Assembly (NCBI GenBank): GCA_043228905.1
Contig: JBHGNT010000018.1
Span: 1,240,001 to 1,304,000 of the forward strand
Source: Azolla caroliniana
Taxonomy: Eukaryota > Plantae > Polypodiophyta
Direction: 5' to 3'
Length of the DNA: 64,000 bases
Under the pieces are notes generated by a model. The model made no database searches. It was given only the letters and a program-made list of their open reading frames with translations, and was not told where the DNA came from. Made by a program: the position numbers and the translations under genes. Positions 39,716 through 52,000 of the stretch are shown here, in pieces. The stretch's first letter is position 1. Every line of letters begins with the position of its first letter.

Positions 39716-42700
39716 TCTGAGGGCGTTTGGTTGTTCTTTATATTTATGCTTCCTCAAGGGAGAGGCCGAGCGGCGTAAGTGTATCCACATTCATCGTCTC
39801 CCCTTGTTCCTGAAAAATTACACTAGTTACATGTTGATGAATAGTAAAAGGGTTATGATTAACACTTTGTAATTTATTCTCCCTATGTTGTTTTAGCTCT
39901 AAGATATACCTACCTAGTCTTTTTACACTCGGGGTATCTAATAGTTTGGAGAGGGTCCTAATATGTCTTGGTATTCCGCCCGTATCTCGGCATAAGTTGG
40001 GCACTTGCATGTGAAGTGATACTCATCCTCTATCTCTATGTGGCATAACCTACATAGCCTTTCCTCTCTAGGGACTTTATTAGCTCGACCATTCTCAATC
40101 TCAAGTTGGTGAGATGATATACTAAGTTGCCCAATGGCCACCCTTAGTGCATTTTGTTGAGCGGCAAGCTCAACCGGAGCCGGATCGGCTGAGTAAGCCT
40201 GAGCCGGTAACCAGTAAGGACCAGTAAGCAAGAGGAGCCGATATGCCGAATCCAATCCGTAACTGGAAGCCTAGTATAGGTTAGACTACTAGGCAATTAT
40301 AGTCTCGTAGTTAGTGTCAGATGCTCATGTGAGCATTGAAGTACATCGTACTTCTAATAGTCCCGTGTGGACTTGTATAAATAGCGCTGATGAGCGCGTT
40401 GTAGATACAGAGCACAGAGTATTAATATAATCTTGGAAAATAGTGTGTTTTGCTCTCTCACTCTCTCTGTGTATTGTTCTTTCTAACGCTTCCGCAAGCA
40501 ATCTTTCACATGGTATCAGAGCGCGTGGGTTGAGAACCTCTGCTGCAGACATCTACGCTTGTGAAGGAAACCCTAACAGATCGGAAAACAGACACAAAAG
40601 GAGAAATGGAGAGAGGTATGGCTATGTCACTCCCGGTGGAGAAGCTCGACAGAACCAACTACGCATCTTGGTCATACAAGATGCACCAGTACCTGCTTGG
40701 GCATGGCTACTGGAGTTATGTCAACGGAGTGAACGACTCAGCACTGGAGATGACACACAAGGACTTCCCAGTGTGGGAACAGGAGGCAAGCAGGGTGATG
40801 TACTACTTCGCGTCCAGTGTCGGTGACCAGCTGCTCAGCCATATCCGTGACGCCAAGACACCGAAGGATGCTTGGGGAAACTTGAAAAAGGTCTTCGCTG
40901 CAAGCACCACTGCCCGGAAGCTACAACTCAGACAGAAGTTGAGCAATGTTCGATAGAAGAACATGTTGGTGGCAGATTACATAGACCAGATCAAAGGGAT
41001 CTGTGACTCGCTTGCCTCTATTAATGTCACCGTAGAGGAAGACGAGATGGTGCAGGTCTGTCTTGGAGGCCTGGCGTCCAAGTTCGGAGCTTTCCGGATT
41101 GCGGTTTGTACAAGGGAGAATATGCCCTCATTTTTCGACTTACAGTCGATGCTCCTTGTAGAGGAGAACCACGTCGGTGCATCTACCAGTGCATCCCCAG
41201 ACAACCGGATGCTGTACACGGGAGCGGATCGGTTCCGCGGGCGTGGTGGATGAGGCAGCTCGGCACACAATGGAGGTGGCCGGCAAGAGCAGGAACGAGG
41301 GCACAGTGAGCGTGCCCACAACAGTTCCGAGACTTCCACAAGTAGGGGGAGTCAAGGTGGTGCCGGAGGCCGACAAGACAAACCCGCTACGGAATGCTGG
41401 TACTGTGGCAAAAAGGGCCACAGGGAAAGCGAGTGCAGGAGAAAGCGTGCCGATTCGGACAAATCCGTATCCGGCAAGTCCGGTAAGGAAGGTCGACAAA
41501 GCTCGCACTATGCAAACGGATCGGGAGGATCCAAGAACGGTAAGGGGCCAGCCTTGGTGATGAAGCACAAGGCAAACTCAATGAAGAAGACCACTTCCAA
41601 ATCGGAGGAAGTGTGGTACGTTGATTCCAGCGCATCAAACCACATGACGAGCCACGGGGAGTGGTTCTCCTTTTTGGAGAAGCCGGATCAACCGGGAGTT
41701 GTCGAAACCGGAGACGACACTCCCCACCCGATCGTGTACATCAGAGAAGTCCCTTTGAGTCACGTTGGACAGAAGGGGAAGCTGATGAATGTATTACATG
41801 TTCCAACGATCACGAAGAACCTGGTATCGGTCGGACAGATCGTTGACCAGGGGATGCAGGTGCGGTTTACGCACCTCGGGTGCTTCATTGAGGATGAGGG
41901 CGAAGTTATTGCGCAAGGGCGCAGAGATGGGAGGATGTTTATCCTCAACACCAATGATGTCGGCACCACACTGTTCGCCAAAGGACAGAAGGTTGAGTTG
42001 GATATCGACCTGTGGCACAAGCGCATCGGCCACGTCAACTACCGGAGGCTTCAAGACTTGCAAACGGAACAAGTCGTTTTCGGTTTGCCAAAGTTTTGCG
42101 GCCGGAGAGCCCAGATTTGTGAAGCCTGCCAACTCGGGAAGCAACACTGGCTTCCATTCCCCACTGAAAGAAATCGAAGCCGTAACAAGCTTGATCTTAT
42201 CCATTCGGATGTGTGGGGACCGGCACAAAATGTTAGCATTGGCGGGAGTCGATATTTCATCTCCTTCATCGACGACCACACGCGGCATACGTGGATCTAC
42301 CTCATTGAGCGGAAGAGCGAAGTCTTTGAGTGTTTCCGGAGCCTCCAGAAGATGGTGGAACGGGAATCAGAGAGGAAGATCAAATGCCTACGGTCGGATG
42401 GCAGAAAAGAGTACTTTTCCGGCCAATTCAACAACTATCTGCAACAAAAAGGAATTCGGCGAGAATTTAGCTGCAGATACACACCGCAACAGAACGGTGT
42501 GGCCGAAAGGAAGAATCGGTCGCTGATTGACGCGGATAGGGCAATGCTGGAAGAAAAGAGCATGCCCAAATCCTACTGGGCAGAGGTGGTCCAAACGACC
42601 GTTTACATCCAGAACCGGATCGGGGACAAGGTGTCAGCTCACGAGCTGTATTTCGGGCGCAAGACGAATTAGAGACACCTCCGGATATTCGGCATCATAG

Positions 42701-43469
42701 CCTATGTACATGTGCCGGATGAGAAGCGGAGAAAGCTGGATGCAAAATCGGAAAAATGCATCCTAGTCGGCTATGCTCAAGAGCAAAAGGGGTATAAATG
42801 TTATAACCCCCGGACGAAGCAGGTCCGAGTCAGCTGAGATGTCGAGTTTGATGAATCGGCATCGTGGTATTCCTTATCGACTTCGACTTCTGATCCCGAC
42901 CCGATGTCGGAGGATGGGGCTAGTGAGCCCGAACCGGCCGAAGTAGAGAAAGATGAAGTTGGGACTCAAGATGAGAGTCCGGAATCGTTCCGGTTAAGTG
43001 AACCGAATGAGAGATTGGATTAGTCCAAACAGTTGGATGATGAGACGACGAGTAGTGGAGACTCTGTCGTGCTCTCCCCGCGCAAGGAACCGAGGAGACG
43101 GTTCACACGCAAAGAGAAAGGGAAGCAAAAGATGCCGGAATTCGAGACCGGCAATGGTGAGTCGGATCGGTGCGTATCTGACTTCGACAAGGACATGGGC
43201 AGATCTTCGGGAACGAAGACCGAACCGGCCAAGAAGGGACTTATACCGGGTAATGGTGAGTTACGCCGGTCCACCCGCCAGAAGGATCCCGTTAAACGGT
43301 ACGGGTATAACGAGTACATGGCGCATCATTATGCGTACATGACCAAGGTCGCGGAAGTGCGTGAGCCGGAGAGCTACGCAGAAGCGGCAAAGGATGCAAA
43401 TTGGCGTGCCGCTATGGAGGATGAAATGCGGGCACTGGATGCCAACGGAACTTGGGACCTGGTTGACCC

Positions 43470-46400
43470 TGTTGCAGACATCGGCCGTCAATGCGGAAGA
43501 TCAAATAGCATTCGATTGAGGTTGAGTACCTGCGTATGACAGAATCGTAGGTCGTGCACAGAGATAGAGAGCGAGAGAGAGAGAGAGAGGCACAAAAAGA
43601 GTCTTTCTATTCGATAGAAACAATAATACAACCAACCTTACAAAAAGGTTACTAGGTCACTTTATATAGTGACAAACTTAGGGCAACTACCATTTATGCT
43701 AATTACACAAATGGCCCAAACTTGATCTATACAAAGGGATAGTGTGAATACGTCCATTATACACTTGTATTCGACACTCCCCCGTAATGGGCGTATACAT
43801 GGGTTATCTAAGATTACAGGTATAAACCTAGGTTCTCGGACATATCAGTTGTGTTCGAGTCGGCAGGGTCCGAAGGCAGAAGACCGAACTGGTCGGGTCG
43901 GAAGAGTTGAAGCCGATCATTAAGGAACTGATGTCGGTTGTCTGAAACCATCCTGCGCTGTGTCCGGCTCTAACCGGACTGGTTTGTCGTTACGCCCATC
44001 TGATGCCGAAGGGACCGAAAGCGGTCTGCCGAAAGACACTTGGTCATTCCATCTGCGACATTGTCGGTTGTGGATATTTTCTCTAGACCGATTTTCCTTG
44101 AAATGACGCAGTCCCGAACGAAGTGATATCGAACGTCGATATGTTTGGAGGCGTTGTGGTGAACCGGATTTCTCGACAAGGCAACAGCACCTTGACTGTC
44201 GCTATAGACAACTGGGGCCGAGTCATGGTCGACTTGTCGAAACGTGTGCGCCAGCCGGCCGAGCCACAAAGCTTCTTTTGCAGCGTCGGACGCAGCTACA
44301 TATTCTGCTTCGGTCGTTGAGGTCGCTGTGCACTCCTGAAGTTTCGACTTCCACGAAATTGCTCCATTGCCGAATTTGAAGCAGTATCCGGTTGTTGATT
44401 TCCGACTGTCTATACAGCCGGCGAAGTCCGAGTCGGTGTAACCGACTACGCCTGAGGTTGAGTTCGGACCGAAAAGAATGTCGTGATCTTTTGTGCCAGC
44501 CAGATATTTGAACACATGCTTGACTGCGTTCCAATGCGATCGGCCAGGATTGTGCATAAATCTGCTAACGACTCCTACGGCATGAGAGATATCAGGCCGT
44601 GTCGCGACCATCAGGTACATAAGGGAGCCGACTGCCGGTGCATACGGTACCGACTTCATATCTTCCCCCTCCGGACCGGATGTCGGGCAGTCTCGCTGAG
44701 AGAGCCGAAGATTCATGGGGAGCGGGGTTGAAGCAGATTTGGCTGATTGCATGTTGAAGCGTTCCAAGACACGTCCGATATAGTCGGTCTGAGACAAAAA
44801 AAGATGTCGTTTGTCGCGATGCCGACTAATCTTCATGCCGAGTATGTGTCGTGCCGGACCAAGGTCCTTCATGGCAAACTTCAACCGCAGTTGCCGAATG
44901 AGATCGGCAAGTTCGCCCGCGTGGCGTCCAGAAATTAGCATGTCGTCCACGTAGATGATGAGGAAGATGGGTGATCCATCTTGAGTTGTGTTGGTAAAAA
45001 GACAATGGTCCTCATCGCTTTTTGAGAAGCCGATCGATTGGATGAAGTCGTCGAACTTCTTGTACCATTGTCGCGGTGCCTGTTTGAGGCCGTATAGACT
45101 CTTCCTGAGTCGGCAGACTAGATGTTCTTGGCCAGTTGCCACGAAGCCTTTTGGCTGCTCCATATAAATTTCCTCTTCAAGATCACCATGGAGGAAGGCT
45201 GTTTTGACATCTAGCTGAATCAGCTCCAAGTTGTCGGCTGCCACTACGCCGAGTAGAAAACGAAGGGTTGTCATTTTCACCACTGGTGAAAAAATCTCGT
45301 CGAAGTCGACGCCATATTCTTGTCGGAAGCCCTTCGCAACTAATCTGGCCTTGTACTTTGGGGTGGTCGAATCAGACGTCTCTTTTAGTCGATAAACCCA
45401 CTTGCAAGGAAGAGCACGTCGATTCTTAGGTAGTTCGACCAGATCCCAAGTCTTGTTTGCCCGAATGGAGTGCATTTCCGACTCCATCGCCAGATGCCAG
45501 GTGGCTGAATCGACAGATGTCGATCCTTCTTCGTAAGACGTCGGTTCGCCGGCGTCGGTGAAGAAAATTCCAGGAGAATACCTCTCCGGAGGTTGCGACA
45601 GTCTCTCGGATCGTCGAGGTATGATTGGACTGGTCGCATCGGGTATCGAGGTCGGATGGTCCGAAAGCGAATTATTCTGCTGTGCCGAGTCAGAGTTGTC
45701 CGAGTCGGTGGTGTAAGGTTCAGCTACCCGTGAAGCTGACCGTGTGTTAAGAGCGGGGCCTTCTTGAAGGGTCGGCACATCGGAAAATGTTACCCTTCGG
45801 ACTTCGATCGGTTTTTCGACTGATGGATTCATAGCCGACTCGTTGAACACAACGTCCGAACTTCGAACGATTTGTCTGCGTTCGGGGTCCCAGAGTCGGT
45901 ATCCCATTTCGCCGTCTGATCCATATCCAAGGAAAATGCATTTCCTGGACCGAGGTGCAAGTTTTCGGTGATCATCTTTCGGAATAAGGGCGTATGCCTC
46001 GCATCCGAAGATCCTCAGCTTGTCGTAATTCGGCTTACTGCCGATCCATAGTTCTTGAGGAATTTGAAGTCCTAGAGGTCTGCTTGGCGACATATTGATT
46101 ATGTGTACTGCCGTGAGTAGAGCCTCTGCCCAGAAGCCATCCGACAGTCCGGAGTGTTGGAGCATGGAAACTATCCGTTCTTGGATTGTCCGATTCATGC
46201 GTTCTGCAATCCCGTTTTGCTCCGGACTGTGTGGTGCCGTAAATTCACGTCGGATGCCGCGTTGTCGGCAGAATTTGACGAATTCTTCTGATTTGAACTC
46301 TCCCCCATTGTCGGTCCGAAAGCATTTCAGTTTTCGGTCAGTTTGATTTTCTACCATAGCGAGCCAATCGGAGAAGATCGAGAAAACACGATCTTTGGTG

Positions 46401-49003
46401 CGAATTGGATAAGCCCACACCTTTCGAGTCGAATCGTCAATAAAACTGACGAAGTAAGAGGCACCGCCGAGAGACTGATGCGGCATTGGGCCACAGACGT
46501 CCGAGTGGACTAAATCGAGAGGTCTCGTTTCTCTTGGTGCTGATGTCGGGTGTGATGCGGTTGCTTGTTTGCCATACTGGCAATGTTCGCAGAATTGATG
46601 GTCCGAGAAGGAGAGTTTAGGGATGTATCCGGCTCTAGATAGGTGCGTAATGCCGGCCTTGCTGAGGTGTCCTAGTCTTCTGTGCCATAGTGATGACACA
46701 GGAATATCCACCAAAAACAGGTTACCCTCTCTGAGCGTAACATGTAACGGATACAGTGAGTGTATCTTGGGTCCTCTAGCAAGCAGGAGGTTCCCCCTGT
46801 GGAGTGTCCACCCTCCCGAAGAAAAACCGGCACGAATGCCGTCTTCATCTAGTTGTCCGACTGAGATCAATGGCCTTGAGAGCTCGGGTACATGTCAGAC
46901 ATTGTGAAGTACAAGTGTAGAGCCACCTGCAAGGTTGAGCTCTACTGTGCCGATTCCAATGATGTCACAGTGTTGCGAGTTGCCGACTCGAACTGAGTCG
47001 GAGTGACGGATCGTATATTGCCGAAATTGGGATCGATGAGGAGTCACGTGAAATGACGCGCCCGAATCTAAGAGCCATGTGCTCGATTCTTCAGTCGTGA
47101 GCAGAACTTCTGATCCGACTGGATTTTCGATGGATAGTATATTCGGGTCGTTTGGTAGCACATCAGCTGAGAAGCTGACGTAATTGATCTCCTCATGCCG
47201 GCCACTCTTCTTGTCTGATTTCTGAGACTTGTCGTTCTTGTTCTTGAGTGCGCGACAGTCGGCTTTGATGTGTCCGGGTTTCTTGCAATAGTTGCAGATT
47301 CGATTATCCCGTGACTGGCTCCGTCTTCGCTGATTGTTCGGCTGCCGTGAGGAATCTCTTCCTCGTATGTTCGATCGTTCTGTCGAACCTTGTACTACAT
47401 AAGCGTCGTCTGTTGAGTCTTTGGCGAAAGACTTTCTCCGAGCTGCTTCGGTCAGGATTGCGCTCGTGACTTCGGAGTATTTAACAGCCGTGGTTGACGC
47501 GTTGCACACGGTTGTGACGAAAGTTTCCCATGATGAGGGAAGGCTGCTCATGAGTATCATTGCTCTGAGTTCATCCTCGATTGCCGTCCCCTGAGATGAG
47601 ATTTGGGAGCTTATGCTTTCGTACTCATTGAGGTGTGCTTGAACCGAATCTGATTCTTTCATCCGCAAGTTGTAGAGGCGCCGGATTAGAAACATCTTTG
47701 TTGCAGCGACCTTCTTTTCGTAAGTGTCCGACAGTGTTTTCCACAGTTCGAATGCTGTCGTACACGATTGCACCGTAAAGTATACCGATTCCGATAGGTG
47801 CATCCGAATCGTGGCGCGGACGATTCTGTCCAGCTTCTGCCACTCAATTGGTTTGTATCCTTCTGGAGGTTCTTCATTTTCGATGGGATCGATTTGCCCC
47901 TTGACTATGAGATAGTCCTGCATTTGCTCCTTCCAGAAGTTGAAGTTCGATCCATCGAACTTTCGTAGACTCATTTCTGACGAGCCGGATGTTGATGCCA
48001 TCAAATTTGGTTTCGGTTGACGAAGCTCGGTTCGGAGTTGACTACGAACCTTGTTGGAGTGCAGCCGGTTGGCTCACCCGATATCGTTCTAGTCGGATTT
48101 GAACCCGAGTCGGTTCGGCTTCGGATATATGTATTGTTGAACTTGCTCGAATTGACTCCGGTAACTTGAGGGACAGAACCGACTGGTCTTCCCGAATGTT
48201 GCCGAGTCGGAGTGAGCCCGGTTCGCTTCCGAATATGTATGCCAAATACCGATTATTGAAACCGATTGTCTGGACCGATTCTGCTTCGGGTGACTGCAGC
48301 GACGAGAGAGACGGATCCAACTGATCCTCCCGAATGTCGATCAGCCGGATGAAGCACGAATTTGGGTTGTTGTCTTGAGACCGATCTGCACCGAGTGGTC
48401 ACACTGAGCGGCGAGCGGCGTTTGATGACCTCTTCAGATGCCGTTTAACCGAGTGGAGCACGATCGTGTCGATGTTGCACAAGGGGATTTCACCTCGAGC
48501 GGTTACGATCACAAGGAACAGAGTACAACCGGCTGGCTTACTCCAAGCGAAGATGATCTAACGCGATGAGATGCAAGCCTCGTTTTTCTTCTTCTTCTCT
48601 CTTCTTCGAATGACGCAAGAAACTGAATGTTGTGCAGGCTGAGACGACGGCCGACAGCGGGATGAAGGACCGAATACTGTGCAGGCTCTGATACCAGATG
48701 TTGCAGACATCGGCCGTCAATGCGGAAGATCAAATAGCATTCGATTGAGGTTGAGTACCTGCGTATGACAGAATCGTAGGTCGTGCACAGAGATAGAGAG
48801 CGAGAGAGAGAGAGAGGCAGAAAAAGAGTCTTTCTATTCGATAGAAACAATAATACAACCAACCTTACAAAAAGGTTACTAGGTCACTTTATATAGTGAC
48901 AAACTTAGGGCAACTACCATTTATGCTAATTACACAAATGGCCCAAACTTGATCTATACAAAGGGATAGTGTGAATACGTCCATTATACACTTGTATTCG
49001 ACA
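43470..49003 (-). mobile_element. Full-length, very young Ty1/copia family B element (Tnt1/Tork-like) nested in family A. LTRs 48699-49003 and 43470-43776; PBS 48685-48696; PPT 43777-43785.
   Basis: TSD GACCC at 43465-43469 and 49004-49008; PBS TGGTATCAGAGC. The LTRs differ by about 1 substitution plus one GA unit. Confidence 0.97.
43970..48004 (-). pseudogene. Copia B gag-pol polyprotein, intact except for one in-frame TGA at 46895-46897
   Basis: ORFs 48004-46895 and 46870-43970 are in the same frame. KFDGSNFNFWK, CNYCKKPGHIKADC, WLLDSGAS, HSDVCGP, RTDNGGEF, YVDD and KHIDVRYHF are all present. Confidence 0.93.
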
Positions 49004-52000
49004 GACCCTCCCCGTCACTGTAAACCGATTGGATGCAAGTGGGTGTACAAGGTAAAGTACAATGCCGACGGTACAGTTAACCGGTACAAGGCCCGGTTAG
49101 TGGCGAAGGGATATGCGCAGACCCACGGAATCGACTACGACGAGACCTTCGCCCCTGTAGCGAAGATGACGACGGTTCGTGTGGTACTGGCGGTTGCTGC
49201 GGCAAGGGGGTGGCATCTTCATCAGATGGATGTGAAGAATGCCTTCCTTCAAGGAGATCTTGAAGAAGAAGTCTTTATGACTCCGCCCCCCGGATTTCAG
49301 TCGGAGATGAACAAGTCGGCGGTATGCTGGCTGAGGAAGTCGTTGTACGGCTTGAAGCAAGCCCCCCGTGCTTGGAATGCTAAGATCACGCACCGGTTGC
49401 GAAAGATGGGGTTTGTTGCCTCTAAGTTAGACTCTTCCCTGTTCATCCGTCAAGGCTCAAACGGTTTGGTGTGTATCTTACTCTATGTTGATGATTTAGT
49501 CATCACTGGCACAGGTCTTCCAGAAATCAATCGCGTCAAGTCCCAGTTGTCGGACGCATTTGATATGAAGGACTTGGGGGACCTTCATTATTTTTTGGGG
49601 ATCGAGGTGATCCGCACCCCCAACGGCATATTGCTTTCTCAACGCCATTATGTGTTGAATATGATGTACAAGTTCGGCATGACGGAATGCCGACCTGTCT
49701 CCACACCCCTGGACCGGAATCAGAAGATCCGTCCCAACTCCGAACCAGCTTGTGATGAGAAACGGTTTCGACAAATAGTCGGAAGCCTGATCTACTTGAC
49801 CATCACCCGACCCGACATTAGCTATCCGGTCGGAGTGGTAAGCCAATTCATGCAGAAGCCGACCGTGGAGCATCTTCAGTGCGCGCAACGAATACTAAGG
49901 TATGTAAGCGGCACTAAGGACCGGGGGCTCTTATACTGGCAAGGTATAACCGAAGAGCTTGTCGGCTACACGGATGCCGACTGGGCTGGCGACGCAACGG
50001 ATCGTCGCTCAGCCTCCGGCTTTATGTTTTCTCTTGGGAGCGCGGTTGTTGCGTGGAGCAGCAAAAAGCAGCCAACAATGGCTCTATCCAGCACTGAGGC
50101 TGAATACCGGGGCGCGATCGTTGCCACCTGCGAAGCCATTTGGCTTCGGCGACTACTACAAGACCTGCGGATCGAGGTACCGGCCCCGATCCTGATCTAC
50201 TGCGATAACCTTAGCAGCATGCAGCTGGCCAAGAACCCTGTGTTCCATGCTCGCACAAAGCACATAGAAGTGCATTATCACTTCGTGTGTGAGCGGGTCC
50301 TGAGCGGTGAAGTTGAACTACGGTATGTTCACACGGATCGGCAAGTTGCCGACATCTTCACCAAGCCGCTCGGGTCGGACAAGTTGCAACACTTTACCAA
50401 AATGCTTGGTGTTCAGCATCTCGACGTGCCGCACTTGAGGGGGAGACACAAGGGCAAAGACACTACCGAAACAGGCAAAGGCAAAACTGTTGAACCCGTA
50501 GGTAAGAGAAGAACCAGTAGAGGTGGAGACAAGAAGAAAAATGAAGCCGAGTCGACGAAGGAAGTCAGTGAACCGGCTGAAGAAGCCAAGGGAAGCATGG
50601 AGAAGGCCAAGACCCAGACGTGGTCCGATGTGGTGAGAGGCCTGAAGCTGAAAATCGAATCGGAGGATACCGATTCGGACAAGAGCTGGAACGAGTCGGA
50701 GACAACCGATTCGGATCAACAGACGGATCCGGATGAGTCGGATCAACGAAAGGCCAAGGAGACACGAATGCAGCGGAAGTCGATGCCATCGCGGTGGAAC
50801 CGACAGATCGGCAAGCGCCGGAGTCATAGCAGTGAAGGAGCTGAGATGGGCCTATTGAGTAGACATGCCGAAGGTCGAGGCGCGCAGAACCAAAGGGGTC
50901 GCGGCAAACGGAACCGGACCGGACAAGGAGCGCGAGCAAGGCGAAGCGACACCAGGAGAAGTCGGTTGGAAGAACCGGATGCCACAAAGGTTGACACTAC
51001 GACCCTACCTCAGGTTGAGCTTGAGGGGGAGTGTTGAGCGGCAAGCTCAACTGGAGCCGGATCGGCTGAATAAGCCTGAGCCGGTAAGCAGTAAGGACCG
51101 GTAAGCAAGAGGAGCCGATATGCCGGATCCAATCCGTAACCGGAAGCCTAGTATAGGTTAGACTACTAGGCAGTTATAGTCTCGTAGTTAGTGTCAGATG
51201 CTCGTGTGAGCATTGAAGTACACCGTACTTCTAACAGTCCCGTGTGGACTTGTATAAATAGCGCTGATGAGCGCGTTGTAGATACAGAGCACAGAGTATT
51301 AATATAATCTTGGAAAATAGTGTGTTTTGCTCTCTCACTCTCTGTCTCTCCCGCGTACTCTCTCTCTCTCTCTGTATTGTTCTTTCTAACGCTTCCGCAA
51401 GCAATCTTTCACACATTTGATAAGAATGTATCTAGATATGTTGGTCATGTAATAAAACCTAACTTAGAGAAGTGCAAGAAATGTTCCTTATAGTACAACA
51501 TTTTAGATGAGAGTGGCTCTTGTGGGGTGATCCATTTATATCGAGTGTAAATTTGCCATATTTCTTGGCGTATCACTTTATTACGATCTTCATGAGAGAT
51601 TAGAGTTTGATCAGTCCCATGGTTGTACTTAAGGGGAGGTAGGTTATTAATGTCTATGCCGTTTGCAAGTAACCAACTCACCACAATGCTATACCAAGAG
51701 CTAGTGTCTCCAGATGCATGTAGGGATCGGGATGCCTCAAAGGCTCGACAAGATATCCTATCTTGTGGTTGGCTATGTATCCGATGAATAAAAACTACCA
51801 TTTGAAAGAGTGCTTCTACTAACATCGGGGGTAGACTAAACTCTGCTCTAATAATGTCATGCGGTACTGTCGATTTGCTTCGGAGTTGATGTGATAACAT
51901 CATCATCAAAGGTCTCTCTAATTGCGTCCACATGAAGGATGGTAGACATGGAGCCCATACTACTGATGCATACATGAGGGAAAGGGTCACTAATGAGTCG

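Larger units (their letters stand above)
40155..51413 (+). mobile_element. Full-length Ty1/copia family A element. LTRs 40155-40510 and 51032-51413; PBS (tRNA-iMet) 40511-40522; gag-pol 40606-43469 plus 49009-51037, with in-frame stops; PPT 51020-51031.
   Basis: TSD CATTT at 40150-40154 and 51414-51418; PBS TGGTATCAGAGC. Domains run gag CCHC, PR (WYVDSSAS), GAG-pre-integrase, integrase DDE, RT (YVDD), RNase H. The LTRs differ by about 10 substitutions and one CT-tract indel by manual count. Confidence 0.97.

Noticed and set aside
41789-42526. 245-aa overlapping ORF in the copia A integrase region
   Set aside because: It is an alternative-frame by-product of GC-rich coding sequence with no recognisable motifs.
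46895-46900. Programmed stop-codon readthrough in copia B
   Set aside because: The stop falls inside the protease region, after the DSG motif, at a position where Arg (CGA) fits. Deamination is the simpler explanation.
50318-50987. Antisense ORFs over the copia extension (also 20163-20861 and 14907-15615)
   Set aside because: They are Ser/Leu/Phe-rich shadows of a purine-rich sense ORF, and their boundaries differ between copies.
50446-51037. env-like gene in copia A
   Set aside because: The region is in frame with pol and highly charged, with no signal peptide or transmembrane segment.
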